Shown here in pieces: positions 10,178 through 20,132 of a DNA stretch of 64,000 bases. The notes beneath the pieces were generated by a model. That model had not been told where the DNA came from, searched no databases, and was given only the letters and a program-made list of their open reading frames with translations. Within the stretch, counting starts at the first letter, position 1, and the number at the start of each line of letters is the position of its first letter. The position numbers were made by a program, and so were the translations under genes. Origin of the DNA: an uncultured Acidobacteriaceae bacterium (GTDB taxonomy: Bacteria; Acidobacteriota; Terriglobia; Acidiferrales; UBA7541); contig CAYOXF010000104.1 of the NCBI GenBank assembly GCA_964407845.1, positions 250-64,249 of the forward strand. The letters are read 5' to 3'.

Positions 10178-12748
10178 TTGCGGATTCGAATTGCCAATGG
10201 CTTCTTCACCTCCCGGATCGGCATAGCCGTCCTGACCCTATGCCTTGCTCTGCTGCTCGCCGGCGCGAGCGTCTTCGCCTACTACTACATCCAGTTCGGC
10301 CACTTGATCGACCAGCGGCTTACGGGGCAGGTTTTCCAAAATACGTCGCGCGTGTATTCATCTCCGGATCGGATCTATGTCGGCCAGACGATGCGCCCGA
10401 GCGAACTCGCAAGCTACCTACTGCGCGCCGGATACCAGGAAGGGGCCGTGGGTGGCTCGCCGGGAAAATTCCAAGCCACGGGATCTACGGTTGAGATTGT
10501 TCCGTCATCGACGTCCTATTTCCAAGGCCACAACGGTGTGCGCGTCAGCTTCTCAGGTACGGAGATTTCTAGCATTACCCGATCTGACGGCAGCCCTCTG
10601 GACTTCGCGGACATTGAGCCGGAGTTGCTGACGAATCTGTTCGATAGTTCGCGAGAGAAGCGTCGGGTCGTTCGCTTCACTGATTTGCCACCTGTGCTCG
10701 TCGAGGCCGTGCTGGCCGCCGAGGACAAGCGCTTCTTCGAGCACGGCGCTCTCGATGTATTCCGAGTATTTGGCGCGGCCATGCACGACATTAGCCGGGG
10801 GCAGAAGGCGCAGGGAGCGAGCACGATCGACATGCAGGTCGCGCGGACGTTCTTTTTTACGACGAAGCGCGAATGGCGGCGGAAGCTGAAGGAAATCGTA
10901 ATGGCCGCCGAGATCAATGAGCGTTTCTCCAAGCAACAGATTTTCGAGCTTTACGCCAACGACATCTATCTCGGCAATCGTGGCAGTTTTTCGATTCGGG
11001 GTTTTGGCGAAGCCGCAAACGCTTATTTCGGCAAAGATGTCCGCGAGTTGACCACCGGGGAAGCCGCGTTTCTGGCAGGAATCATTCGCGCACCGAACCG
11101 CTACTCTTCCGCCGAGCGCCATGTGGACCGCGCGGACGAAGCCCGGGATCGCGTGCTGGGCGAGATGGTTGCAGATGGTTTCCTGACTCCCGAGCAGGAG
11201 GCCGTTGCCAAGAAATCGAAGCTCAAATTCACAAATGGCGGGCTGGGGAGCAGTTCCGCGCCTTATTTCGTCGATATGGTGAAGGACCAACTCCTCGAGA
11301 AATTCTCTGAAAACGATCTGGAAACGCAGAGCTACCGCATCTATACGACGCTGGATCCGGGCCTCCAGCGTGCCGCTGCCGAAGCGGTACAGATCGGCGT
11401 CCAAAATCTCGACAAGCTGCTCGCACGCCGCTATGCCGCCTGGAAAAAGAAGGGCCAACCCGTTCCACCCGCGCAGGTAGCGCTGGTGGCACTTGACCCA
11501 CGCACGGGCGAGGTTCGTGCGCTGATCGGCGGCCGAGACTACGGCGAAAGCCAGCTCAACCACGCCTTAGCCCATCGGCAGCCGGGCTCAGCATTCAAGC
11601 CTTTCGTGTACGCCGCTGCGTTTGACAATGCCGTAGAAAATCTCCAGCCGGTGGTAACGCCGGCGACCACCGTCGACGATTCTCCGACCACATTTGAATT
11701 CGACGGCAAGGAATACACGCCCGACAACTACGGCCAAGAATTCTACGGTTCCGTCATGGTTCGTGATGCGCTGATGCGTTCTCTTAATGTGGCGACCGTA
11801 AAGGTGGCGGAGATGATCGGCTATCAGCGCGTCGTCGATGTGGTCCGGCAGATGGGGCTCGGTAACAACATTCAGGCCACGCCGGCCGTTGCGCTGGGGG
11901 CCTACGAAATGACCCCGCTCGAGGTGGCCGCGGGTTACACAGCCTTTGCCAACAACGGGGTTCGTGCAGAACCTCTGCTCATCCGCAATGTAGTGGCGGC
12001 CGCTGGGGCCTCGGAGCAAGTGACGCAGCCAACCACTCGGGCTGTGCTGGATCCGCGCGTGGCCTATCTGACAACGAGCCTTCTGGAGGACGTGATCAAC
12101 CACGGAACGGGCTATCCGGTGCGGGCCATGGGATTTGATGCGCCGGCTGCTGGCAAGACCGGGACTTCCCGCGATGGCTGGTTCGTGGGCTTCACGTCGA
12201 ACCTTCTGTGTGTGGTCTGGGTCGGCTTCGACGATAATCGCGACCTGGGACTAGCGGGTGGCCAGGCTGCCGCACCCATTTGGGGAGAGTTCATGAAGCG
12301 CGCGGTTGTTCTTCCCAAGTACCGCAACACCCAGGAGTTTGAGCCGCCGCCTGGAATTACAGAAGCGATGATCGATCCGCAGACCGGGCAGCTTGCAGAT
12401 TCCTCATGCCCGACCACTGTGAGCGAGCATTTCATAGCGGGCAGCGAGCCGACGCAGTACTGCGACGGGAATGGCGCGGCCCATGCGCAGACGACGCCAG
12501 GTTCGTGGTTGAAGAATCTGTTTAGCAAAGGAGCCGATCCATCTGCACCGGCCGAACCGACTTCCCCGCACTCGCCCAACCTCCCCAATACAACCAGTCC
12601 TTCCCCTTCCTCCTCGGCGAAACCCGGGCAGGGCAGCGCAGATGCCCCTAGCGAGGAGCCCGAGAAGAAAAAAGGGCTACTCGACCGGATATTTGGTATC
12701 TTTGAAAGCAACAAGCAACCGGCGAGCACCTCCAAACCGTCGCAGTAG
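10178..12748 (+). CDS. Class A penicillin-binding protein (PBP1A-type transglycosylase/transpeptidase)
   Basis: N-terminal TM and GT51 motifs (AAEDKRFFEHGALD, RKLKE). Transpeptidase motifs SAFKPF (SxxK), SLN and KTGTS are present. The C-terminal tail is Pro/Ser-rich and looks disordered. Confidence 0.9.
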   Translation: MRIRIANGFFTSRIGIAVLTLCLALLLAGASVFAYYYIQFGHLIDQRLTGQVFQNTSRVYSSPDRIYVGQTMRPSELASYLLRAGYQEGAVGGSPGKFQATGSTVEIVPSSTSYFQGHNGVRVSFSGTEISSITRSDGSPLDFADIEPELLTNLFDSSREKRRVVRFTDLPPVLVEAVLAAEDKRFFEHGALDVFRVFGAAMHDISRGQKAQGASTIDMQVARTFFFTTKREWRRKLKEIVMAAEINERFSKQQIFELYANDIYLGNRGSFSIRGFGEAANAYFGKDVRELTTGEAAFLAGIIRAPNRYSSAERHVDRADEARDRVLGEMVADGFLTPEQEAVAKKSKLKFTNGGLGSSSAPYFVDMVKDQLLEKFSENDLETQSYRIYTTLDPGLQRAAAEAVQIGVQNLDKLLARRYAAWKKKGQPVPPAQVALVALDPRTGEVRALIGGRDYGESQLNHALAHRQPGSAFKPFVYAAAFDNAVENLQPVVTPATTVDDSPTTFEFDGKEYTPDNYGQEFYGSVMVRDALMRSLNVATVKVAEMIGYQRVVDVVRQMGLGNNIQATPAVALGAYEMTPLEVAAGYTAFANNGVRAEPLLIRNVVAAAGASEQVTQPTTRAVLDPRVAYLTTSLLEDVINHGTGYPVRAMGFDAPAAGKTGTSRDGWFVGFTSNLLCVVWVGFDDNRDLGLAGGQAAAPIWGEFMKRAVVLPKYRNTQEFEPPPGITEAMIDPQTGQLADSSCPTTVSEHFIAGSEPTQYCDGNGAAHAQTTPGSWLKNLFSKGADPSAPAEPTSPHSPNLPNTTSPSPSSSAKPGQGSADAPSEEPEKKKGLLDRIFGIFESNKQPASTSKPSQ

Positions 12749-12788
12749 TCAAAGACAGCCGAACGCCGGTGCATATAGAGGCAGGGCA

Positions 12789-13622
12789 GTGAAACTCTGG
12801 GCCCTCGTCGCGCTTCCGCTCTTGCTCGCATTCCTAGACCCCTCGAGCCACCAGACTTCCCAAACGCCTGCTCCGGCGTCTTCCAAGACTTCTGCGAGCC
12901 AGGATTCCACCGCGGCGCCGATGACCGATCCCGAAGCCACCGCGCTGCTCCACGCCGACATCCTGATGGCCCGCAAGGACTATCGCGAGGCGGCTATCGC
13001 CTATCAGCGGGTCTTGGAACGGGATCCCGGAAACACCGAGATCCTCAACAAGGTCGGTATCTCCTATCAGCAGTTGGGAGAGGATAATCTTGCCGAGCAT
13101 TTCTATAAAAGGGCGCTGCGCGTCAACGCGAAATCCAGCTTTGCGATGAATAACCTCGGCACGATCGAGTATTCGCGGCAACGCTTTGGCAAAGCCATTA
13201 AGTACTACAAAAAAGCCATCGCCATGGGAGGCAATAACCTCGCTCCCATTTACACCAATCTGGGGTATGCCTATTGCAGCGTGAAGCTGTATGCGCAGGC
13301 GATGGATTCCTTCAACAAGGCGCTGGCGCTGGATCCCAATATCTTCGAGCCGAAGGGAACGGCCGGTTCTGTCGTACAACACCGCACCACCGCCGATCCC
13401 GGAACATTGTATTTTCTGGTGGCGAAATCGTATGCGAGGTTGGGGGATGCCGAGCATGCCGCGCGCTATCTCAAGCTTGCTCGCGACGACGGCTACAAGG
13501 ATTTTCTAGCCGCCGAGAAGGACCCTGATTTTGCGCGCGTCATCAAGGATCCGCAGGTGCAGGATGTGCTGCATCGGCGCCCTCCGTATGAGACCCAACA
13601 GAGCAAGCCCGTTACAAACTGA
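12789..13622 (+). CDS. Secreted TPR-repeat protein
   Basis: GTG 12789 gives a signal peptide (KLWALVALPLLLAFL). Several TPR-like repeats follow (AIAYQRVLERDPGN, HFYKRALRVNAKS, AMDSFNKALALDPN). The longer ORF from 12642 overlaps the PBP gene. Confidence 0.75.
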   Translation: MKLWALVALPLLLAFLDPSSHQTSQTPAPASSKTSASQDSTAAPMTDPEATALLHADILMARKDYREAAIAYQRVLERDPGNTEILNKVGISYQQLGEDNLAEHFYKRALRVNAKSSFAMNNLGTIEYSRQRFGKAIKYYKKAIAMGGNNLAPIYTNLGYAYCSVKLYAQAMDSFNKALALDPNIFEPKGTAGSVVQHRTTADPGTLYFLVAKSYARLGDAEHAARYLKLARDDGYKDFLAAEKDPDFARVIKDPQVQDVLHRRPPYETQQSKPVTN

Positions 13623-13664
13623 ATCATCTCAGCCTCTTCGGTATTGCTATAATACACGCTCGGA

Positions 13665-15044
13665 ATGGCTTTCCTCTCCTTCAAACGCCTGCTCGTATTG
13701 GCGGCGGTGTCGCTCGGGCTGTCGCTCGGCGCCCGAACCCGTGCCGACGCGCCGATCGCTTCTTCACCCTTCCTGAATTCTTCTGTCGACGACGTCGTGG
13801 TGCTTCGGATTGACGGCGAAATCGAACCAATACTTGCCCAATACATTGTGAACGGCATTCAAAAGGCGGGCCGCGATCACGCCAGCCTCGTCCTGATCAC
13901 GATGAATACGCCGGGCGGCCTCGACACATCCATGCGCCGGATCGTAGAGGCCATTCTCGGATCGTCTGTGCCGGTTGCGATTTACGTGTCGCCGTCGGGC
14001 GTGCGCGCCGCGTCCGCCGGGTTTTTCATCCTGGAATCCGCCGATGTTGCGGCGATGGCTCCGGGAACCAACACGGGCGCAGCCTCTCCCGTATTTGAGA
14101 TGTTTGGCCAGGCTGTGCAGATCGATGAGACGATGCGCAAGAAGGTTACCAACGACGCCGCGGCATTTCTGCGCAGCTACGCCATCAAGCGTGGGCGCAA
14201 TACCGATCTAGCCGTAAGTGCCGTGACGGATGCAAAGGCCTTCAGCGATACCGAAGCGCTCGAGGGCAAGCTCATCGACCTCGTGGCCTCCTCTGAAGGC
14301 GATCTGCTTGCCAAGCTCAACGGCCGCACCATCACGCGCTTTGATGGCTCGACCGAGCAACTGAGGCTGGCACGGCCCGTTCCGCGAGAAGTGGAAATGA
14401 CGGCACGTGAAAAGCTGTTGACGCACATCGTTGAACCGAATGTGGCGTTCGTTTTGTTGATTGTCGGAGTACTGGGGCTGTATGTTGAATTCAATCATCC
14501 TGGCATGTTTGCGCCGGGAGTCATCGGCGGCATCGCCATCCTGCTAGCGCTGCTCGCCTTTCAGCAGCTGCCCGTAACGTTCATCGGTATCGCCCTCATT
14601 GTTTTGGCGTTATCGCTATTCGTGCTCGAAGCCAAGTTCCCGACGCATGGCATCTTGGGGATCGGGGGGACCGTGGCCATGATTTTGGGCGCCATCATGC
14701 TGGTCCAGTCACCCTGGACTGGGATGGGAGTACGGCTCAGCACCGCGGTAGCCGTTGCCATTCCCTTTGCGGTGATTGCCACGGTCTTGATGCGCGCCGT
14801 CTTGCGCTCGCGTCGGTGGAAGCGCGCGACGGGTCGAGAGGAGCTCCTTGGTGAGGAGGGCGAGGTGACCGAAACAGTCGGAGCATCCCCTCTGACGGGG
14901 ATGGTGCGCGTGCACGGTGAGTTGTGGCGTGCCGCGGCGGTAAACGGCGGAAGCATCCCCAAAGGCGTGCGGGTACGCGTGAGGAGTATTCATGGTCTCA
15001 CACTGGACGTGGAACCGGCTCGAGAGCACCCCCTGTCTTCATAG
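13665..15044 (+). CDS. NfeD-family membrane-bound serine protease
   Basis: It has a signal peptide and a ClpP-like domain (MNTPGGLDTSMRRIV). A block of TM helices is followed by a C-terminal NfeD OB-fold (GMVRVHGELWRAAA). A stomatin gene follows immediately. Confidence 0.85.
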   Translation: MAFLSFKRLLVLAAVSLGLSLGARTRADAPIASSPFLNSSVDDVVVLRIDGEIEPILAQYIVNGIQKAGRDHASLVLITMNTPGGLDTSMRRIVEAILGSSVPVAIYVSPSGVRAASAGFFILESADVAAMAPGTNTGAASPVFEMFGQAVQIDETMRKKVTNDAAAFLRSYAIKRGRNTDLAVSAVTDAKAFSDTEALEGKLIDLVASSEGDLLAKLNGRTITRFDGSTEQLRLARPVPREVEMTAREKLLTHIVEPNVAFVLLIVGVLGLYVEFNHPGMFAPGVIGGIAILLALLAFQQLPVTFIGIALIVLALSLFVLEAKFPTHGILGIGGTVAMILGAIMLVQSPWTGMGVRLSTAVAVAIPFAVIATVLMRAVLRSRRWKRATGREELLGEEGEVTETVGASPLTGMVRVHGELWRAAAVNGGSIPKGVRVRVRSIHGLTLDVEPAREHPLSS

Positions 15045-15067
15045 CCAGCAGAACTGAGGAGGCGTCG

Positions 15068-15841
15068 ATGGATTTCAGCTTCGTGTCGCTCTTAGGAGTG
15101 GCCATTGTCATTATCGTGCTCTTCTGGTTGTTCAACTCCATTTACGTCATCAAGGAGTGGGAGCGCGGCGTGATACTGCGGCTCGGCCGAATGTTGCCCG
15201 AGCCGAAAGGTCCGGGTCTGCAACTGGTTCTCTATCCGATCGACAAGCTCACGCGCATTTCCCTGCGCATTGAGACCCTCGATGTTCCCGCACAGGACGT
15301 CATCACGCGAGACAACGTATCGGTGAAAGTAAACGCGGTGTGCTATTTCCGCGTCGTCGACGCGAATTTGGCGCTCTCGCAGGTACAGAACTACCTTTAC
15401 GCAACGTCGCAACTTGCGCAGACCAACCTGCGGAGCGTTGTCGGGCAATTCGAGCTCGACGAAATCCTTTCGGAGCGCGAAAAGGTAAACTCAAAGCTAC
15501 AACTAATCCTTGACCAGGATACCGAGCCTTGGGGTATCAAGGTAACGAAGGTTGAGGTCAAGCAGGTGGACATTCCAGAGTCAATGCAGCGCGCCATCGC
15601 CAAACAGGCCGAGGCGGAGCGCGAGCGCCGCGCGAAGATCATTCATGCGGCTGGCGAATTTGAGGCCTCCGCCAAGCTTGCGGACGCAGCCGCCGTGCTG
15701 GAAAAGCAGCCGGCTTCGATCCAATTGCGTTACTTGCAGACACTGACCGAGATCGGCGTGGAGAAAAATACGACTGTCGTTTTTCCGGTTCCAATCGACA
15801 TTCTTTCGCAGTGGCTGAAAGCGACTGGGGGCATGAAGTAG
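15068..15841 (+). CDS. SPFH/band-7 (stomatin-like) protein
   Basis: ATG 15068 (MDFSFVSLLGV, TM) starts an SPFH domain (IKEWERGVILRLGR) with AEAERERRAKIIHAAGE. It pairs with the upstream NfeD gene. Confidence 0.9.
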   Translation: MDFSFVSLLGVAIVIIVLFWLFNSIYVIKEWERGVILRLGRMLPEPKGPGLQLVLYPIDKLTRISLRIETLDVPAQDVITRDNVSVKVNAVCYFRVVDANLALSQVQNYLYATSQLAQTNLRSVVGQFELDEILSEREKVNSKLQLILDQDTEPWGIKVTKVEVKQVDIPESMQRAIAKQAEAERERRAKIIHAAGEFEASAKLADAAAVLEKQPASIQLRYLQTLTEIGVEKNTTVVFPVPIDILSQWLKATGGMK

Positions 15842-16477
15842 ATGGCGGGCGGAGGGCAACGCGGCGGCGAGCGGGTGCTTGAAAGCAGGCACCTAGTCGG
15901 CTTGTTCTTGGGAGTCGTGCTGCTCTGCGGTGTTTTTTTCACGCTCGGCTACGTGATGGGTCATAACGCATATGGCGGACCCGTTCATGCCGCGGATGCC
16001 ATTGAAAGGAGCCTATCTCCTTCCCATACTCCTGCGAAGACCCCCGAACGGGAGACTCAACCGGCTCCCGCCAGCGGCGAATGGGATTTTTATTCCAAGA
16101 ACAGTGACAATCGGCTCGAACCTTCGGCAGCGCCTTCTTCGCCGTCACCGGCGCCAGCTCCGCCTGTTTCCTCGCATCCGCCGGCGGCTTCGGCGGCTCC
16201 CGCCGACGCCCGCACGGTGCCTACGTCGGCGCGATTTCAGGCGCCTCGATTGGCCAAAGGGGCGATTGTGCTCCAGGTTGCGGCACTCCGCCACGAAAGT
16301 GACGCGTTGGCCATGGCAGACGCCCTGCAACAAAAGAACTTTCCCTCCTTTGTTGTAACGCCCACTACGGATAGCTTCTACCGGGTGCAGGTTGGTCCCT
16401 ATTCCGATGAGCACGCTGCCGAATCGGCTCGCGCGGCTCTTGACCATGCCGGTTTCAAAGCGATCCTCAAGCGCTGA
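15842..16477 (+). CDS. SPOR domain-containing membrane protein
   Basis: TM (LVGLFLGVVLLCGVFF), then a Pro/Ala-rich linker, then a C-terminal SPOR-like fold (IVLQVAALRHESDALAMADAL...YRVQVGPYSDEHAAESA). Confidence 0.75.
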   Translation: MAGGGQRGGERVLESRHLVGLFLGVVLLCGVFFTLGYVMGHNAYGGPVHAADAIERSLSPSHTPAKTPERETQPAPASGEWDFYSKNSDNRLEPSAAPSSPSPAPAPPVSSHPPAASAAPADARTVPTSARFQAPRLAKGAIVLQVAALRHESDALAMADALQQKNFPSFVVTPTTDSFYRVQVGPYSDEHAAESARAALDHAGFKAILKR

Positions 16478-16489
16478 ATCGCCGTCTGA

Positions 16490-18007
16490 ATGAGCTATTC
16501 ATGGCACACGCGGCTTCTCCTGGCGCTGGCGAGCGGAGCGGCCCTCGCACTTTCCTTTCCTAGCTACCATTTGTCGCTGTTAGCTTGGGTCTCTGTTGGA
16601 CTGCTGATACTCGCATCCTATGGTGCGCGGCCGGCCGTGGCGCCCCTCTACGGCTTTGTTCACGCTCTTGTGTTTTATCCGATGTGTCTCACCTGGATCG
16701 ACGTTGTCGTCCATCAGTATGGCAACGTGCCGCCCGTGACGGCCGCGGGGTTGGTGTTGCTGATTGCCATCATATTCGGAATGATCACCGCGGTCTTTTC
16801 CTGGGGCGTGGCGGTCGCTTCGACCCAAGGGCCCGCCTGGGCCTGCCTGTCGGCTCCGTTTCTATGGGTGGCGCTCGAATTCGCTCGCACGAATATTCCC
16901 ATCATCGGCTTCCCCTGGAATCTGGTGGGCTATGCGGCGACTGGCAACCTCGCCTTGGTGCAGTTTACGGCCGTCACGGGGATTTACGGCCTCAGCTTCG
17001 TGGTCGTGGGCTTTAGTGCATCGCTTGCCTACGCGATCCTGGTGAGGAGCAAGCGTGCCTGGCAAACAGTGCTTATTTCGCTGGCCTTGCTGGTTTTGAT
17101 CGCCGTGGGTGGCGGCTATTTCGTCCCGCCGGCACAGGCGCGCTACACAGCGCACCTGGTCCAGACCAATTTCCCTCAATCCTATGAATATCCGCCGGAC
17201 TGGTTACCGCGGCACGCAGCAGAACTCGACCTTCTGGAGCGAATCAGCATCGAGGCGGCGAGCAAAATACCGGGACTCATCATCTGGCCTGAAGTTCCCG
17301 CGCCGTTCAGCCTTCAGGATGCTGCCTTCGCCGGGCGCGCGCGGCAGATTGCACGTGATGCAGGACAGGACTTTCTCGTCGGCGTCGAGGATTGGAGGCA
17401 GAATTCGGCGGGAAAGTGGGACGCGACGAATAGTGCCGTTTTGTTGGCCGCGTCCGGAGCGCGGCTTTTCACCTACGATAAGATTCATCTGGTTCCTTTC
17501 GGTGAGTACGTCCCACTGCGGAAATGGCTAACATTTGCGGGCAAGCTGACCGCCGATATCGGAGATTTCGCGGCGGGCACGCGGTATGAGGTCGGCAGTC
17601 TGCCGGGGGGAACGTTTGGTGCGTTCATCTGCTACGAGGCGATTTTCCCAGACGAGGTGCGACGATTTACGGCGGGCGGCGCCGAGCTCCTGGTCAATAT
17701 GTCGAACGATGGCTGGTTCGGCCGTTCCGCGGCGCCGGCACAGCACGTGATGATGGCGCGGGTTCGCGCCGTTGAAAATCGGCGTTGGCTGCTGCGGGTT
17801 ACAAACAACGGCTTCACCGTTGACGTTGATCCTTATGGGCGCACCGTTGCGGAGCTCCCAACCGACATGCGGGGCCAGCTGGACGCTCCGTACGACTTTC
17901 GCAAAGACTTGACGCTCTACGCTCGCTTCGGCGATTGGTTTGCCTGGCTCTGTGTCGTTGCTTCCGCCATGCTGCTCGGAGTGGCCGTTGCCAAGAGGTC
18001 TCGGTGA
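16490..18007 (+). CDS. lnt: Apolipoprotein N-acyltransferase
   Basis: Multi-TM N-terminus plus a CN-hydrolase domain (IIWPEVPAP, KIHLVPFGEYVP, GAFICYEAIFPD). Confidence 0.9.
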   Translation: MSYSWHTRLLLALASGAALALSFPSYHLSLLAWVSVGLLILASYGARPAVAPLYGFVHALVFYPMCLTWIDVVVHQYGNVPPVTAAGLVLLIAIIFGMITAVFSWGVAVASTQGPAWACLSAPFLWVALEFARTNIPIIGFPWNLVGYAATGNLALVQFTAVTGIYGLSFVVVGFSASLAYAILVRSKRAWQTVLISLALLVLIAVGGGYFVPPAQARYTAHLVQTNFPQSYEYPPDWLPRHAAELDLLERISIEAASKIPGLIIWPEVPAPFSLQDAAFAGRARQIARDAGQDFLVGVEDWRQNSAGKWDATNSAVLLAASGARLFTYDKIHLVPFGEYVPLRKWLTFAGKLTADIGDFAAGTRYEVGSLPGGTFGAFICYEAIFPDEVRRFTAGGAELLVNMSNDGWFGRSAAPAQHVMMARVRAVENRRWLLRVTNNGFTVDVDPYGRTVAELPTDMRGQLDAPYDFRKDLTLYARFGDWFAWLCVVASAMLLGVAVAKRSR

Positions 18008-18060
18008 AAGGTTAGCAATTTCACATTTCCCGTTCCGTCTTTCCTGTGTAGGATTTGAAC

Positions 18061-19186
18061 ATGGCTGAACATATCGAAGACCTCGAACAACGCTACGCCG
18101 AGCTGACCAAACGCATGGGGCTTGTAAGGAGCTATCTTTGACGCGGCTTCCGCACAGCACCAGCTCGCTGCCATCGAAGCCAAGGTAAGCGATCCGAATT
18201 TTTGGCAGGATCAGGAAAAAGCCCAGTCCGTGCTGCAGGAGCGCAAGCAGCTCGAAGACCGCGTAAACGCGGAGAAGACGCTCGCCAGCAAAGCGAGCGA
18301 CCTGGACACCTATTTTCACCTGGCGCAGGAAGAAACCGACACAGTGCAGCGTGAGTCTCTGCTCACCGATATCGCCCAGGAACTCAGGGCTGCAGACGCC
18401 TACGTCTCCGAACTGGAGACGAAGACGCTGCTTGCGGGCGAAAGCGACCGCCTGAACGCCATTGTAACCATCAAGCCCGGAGCCGGTGGCATCGATTCGC
18501 AGGATTGGGCCGAAATGCTGCTTCGGATGTACCTCCGTTGGGCGGAGGGCAAAGGATTTCGCGCCAACGTGCTCGAATCGACGCCCGGCGAAGAAGCGGG
18601 TATCAAATCCGCCACTGTGCAGATCCAAGGCGAGAATGCCTATGGCATGCTGGCGGGCGAGAGCGGCGTGCATCGTCTGGTGCGCATTTCGCCCTTTGAC
18701 CAGCAGGCGCGGCGCCACACATCGTTCGCGTCGGTTTTCGTGATCCCAGAGATCGACGACCGCATCGAGGTAGTGATCAATCCAGACGATCTGCGCATCG
18801 ATACCTACCGGTCCGGAGGAAAAGGCGGACAGAATGTGAACAAGGTCGAGACCGCCATTCGCATCACGCACATTCCCACTGGTCTTGTCGTCCAATGTCA
18901 AAACGAGCGTAGCCAGCATAAGAACCGCGAGATGGCTATGACACTGCTTCGTTCGCAGCTCTACGAGCTGGAGCTAGAAAAGCGACGAGAGGAGGCTCGC
19001 AAACTCGACGCCTCCAAGCCCGAGATCAGTTTCGGCAGCCAGATTCGATCCTACGTGATGCAGCCCTATCAGATGATCAAGGATCATCGCACGAAATTCG
19101 AACGCGGGGACGTGCAGAAGGTCCTCGACGGTGACATCGATCCTTTCATCCGTGCCTATCTGCTCTATCGTCGCGAAGCCGCCTAA
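18061..19186 (+). CDS. prfB: Peptide chain release factor 2 (requires programmed +1 frameshift at 18136-18142)
   Basis: Frame 0 reads MAEHIEDLEQRYAELTKRMGLVRSYL, then TGA at 18139. Frame +1 continues DAASAQHQLAAIEAK... into the 18230-19186 ORF. SPF (SPFDQQ) and GGQ (GGKGGQNVN) motifs are present. Confidence 0.95.
18125..18142 (+). promoter_or_regulatory. prfB +1 recoding site (SD-like AAGGAG, then TAT CTT TGA C)
   Basis: The sequence gtAAGGAGcTATCTTTGAC has the same layout as the E. coli prfB site (AGGGGG UAU CUU UGA C). Confidence 0.9.
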
Positions 19187-19192
19187 GGTGGA

Positions 19193-20092
19193 CTAGATGG
19201 CGGCGGCCAGGGCCCGAGAGATTCGCGCGACGAGTGCCGCGCTCACCGATGCCAGAAGCCCGCGCACGTCTGTGACCAGAACGAACGAGCGCGCTCCGAG
19301 GATGATGGCGGCATCGTGCTGGTCCCCGGCTGTGGGGCCAGGCGAGGGCACGCTGGTGTTCGAGGCGTCCACGATGCTGCCGGGAAGGCGCGAATGAGCC
19401 AGCAGTCCGACCATGCGTGCGCTGGCATCGGCGCTGACCACGTTGTTCTGTGCCAACATCAGAAGCACGTTCATGAGAGCCCGGGGAGTGGTCGTGTTTT
19501 TCAGCCCTGCGATGGCGGCTTTGTCGTCACCGAAGCCCGAGGCGAGAACCATGCCGTCTACGCCGAGCATGTGAAGACGAGTCTGAACTGCCTCGAGGCT
19601 GAGGCGTTCCATCAGCAGATTGGCGGCGATGTCGCTGTTGGTGGTGATCATCGCCTCACAAAGCTCGTAGAGCGTCATAAATTTGCCTGTCTGGCTCGCG
19701 AGGCTGTCATCGGTGGAGCGGTCGATGGTGTAGGCACTTGAATCCACGACGCTGCGAAAGAGGTTGCGAACGAGCACGGCGTCACTCATCCTCACCTGCT
19801 GCGCCTCCGCTTGCGCGAACAGTTCGATCATGAGGGGTATTTTCATTACCAGCGAATCTTGAAAAGGGCGGTCGGCTTGGATCAAGAGTTCGGCGCCCCC
19901 GTCCAGAGAGCGGAAGGCTAGCGATACGTCCCCGCCACTTTGCTGAATCAGGGTTTCCACATCCGGGCGTGCGGAGCTCTCGTGCGTGGCAGTAGTCGGC
20001 GATGGCTGTTGCTGGGAATTCGCGGGCAGCGCCATTGCAAAGTAGAATGCCAACATCGCCAAAGCTGGAGCGATCGGTTTCATCCGCACCAT
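19193..20092 (-). CDS. Secreted class A beta-lactamase-like serine-hydrolase-fold protein (motifs degenerate)
   Basis: Signal peptide (MKPIAPALAMLAFYFAMALPANS). Recognisable class A blocks are present (TNSDIAANLL, LKNTTTPRALMNVL), but SxxK and KTG are not intact. Confidence 0.55.
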   Translation of the reverse strand: MVRMKPIAPALAMLAFYFAMALPANSQQQPSPTTATHESSARPDVETLIQQSGGDVSLAFRSLDGGAELLIQADRPFQDSLVMKIPLMIELFAQAEAQQVRMSDAVLVRNLFRSVVDSSAYTIDRSTDDSLASQTGKFMTLYELCEAMITTNSDIAANLLMERLSLEAVQTRLHMLGVDGMVLASGFGDDKAAIAGLKNTTTPRALMNVLLMLAQNNVVSADASARMVGLLAHSRLPGSIVDASNTSVPSPGPTAGDQHDAAIILGARSFVLVTDVRGLLASVSAALVARISRALAAAI

Positions 20093-20132
20093 TCTACGGC
20101 ATCACGTCGCAACTCGCCCGGACGCGGTTTGC

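Noticed and set aside
17528-18919. 463-aa ORF on the minus strand spanning the lnt 3' end and most of prfB
   Set aside because: It is antisense to two confidently identified genes (CN-hydrolase Lnt; RF2 with SPF/GGQ). Its translation is Arg/Gly/Ala-rich low-complexity sequence with no recognisable motifs. It is a typical high-GC shadow ORF.
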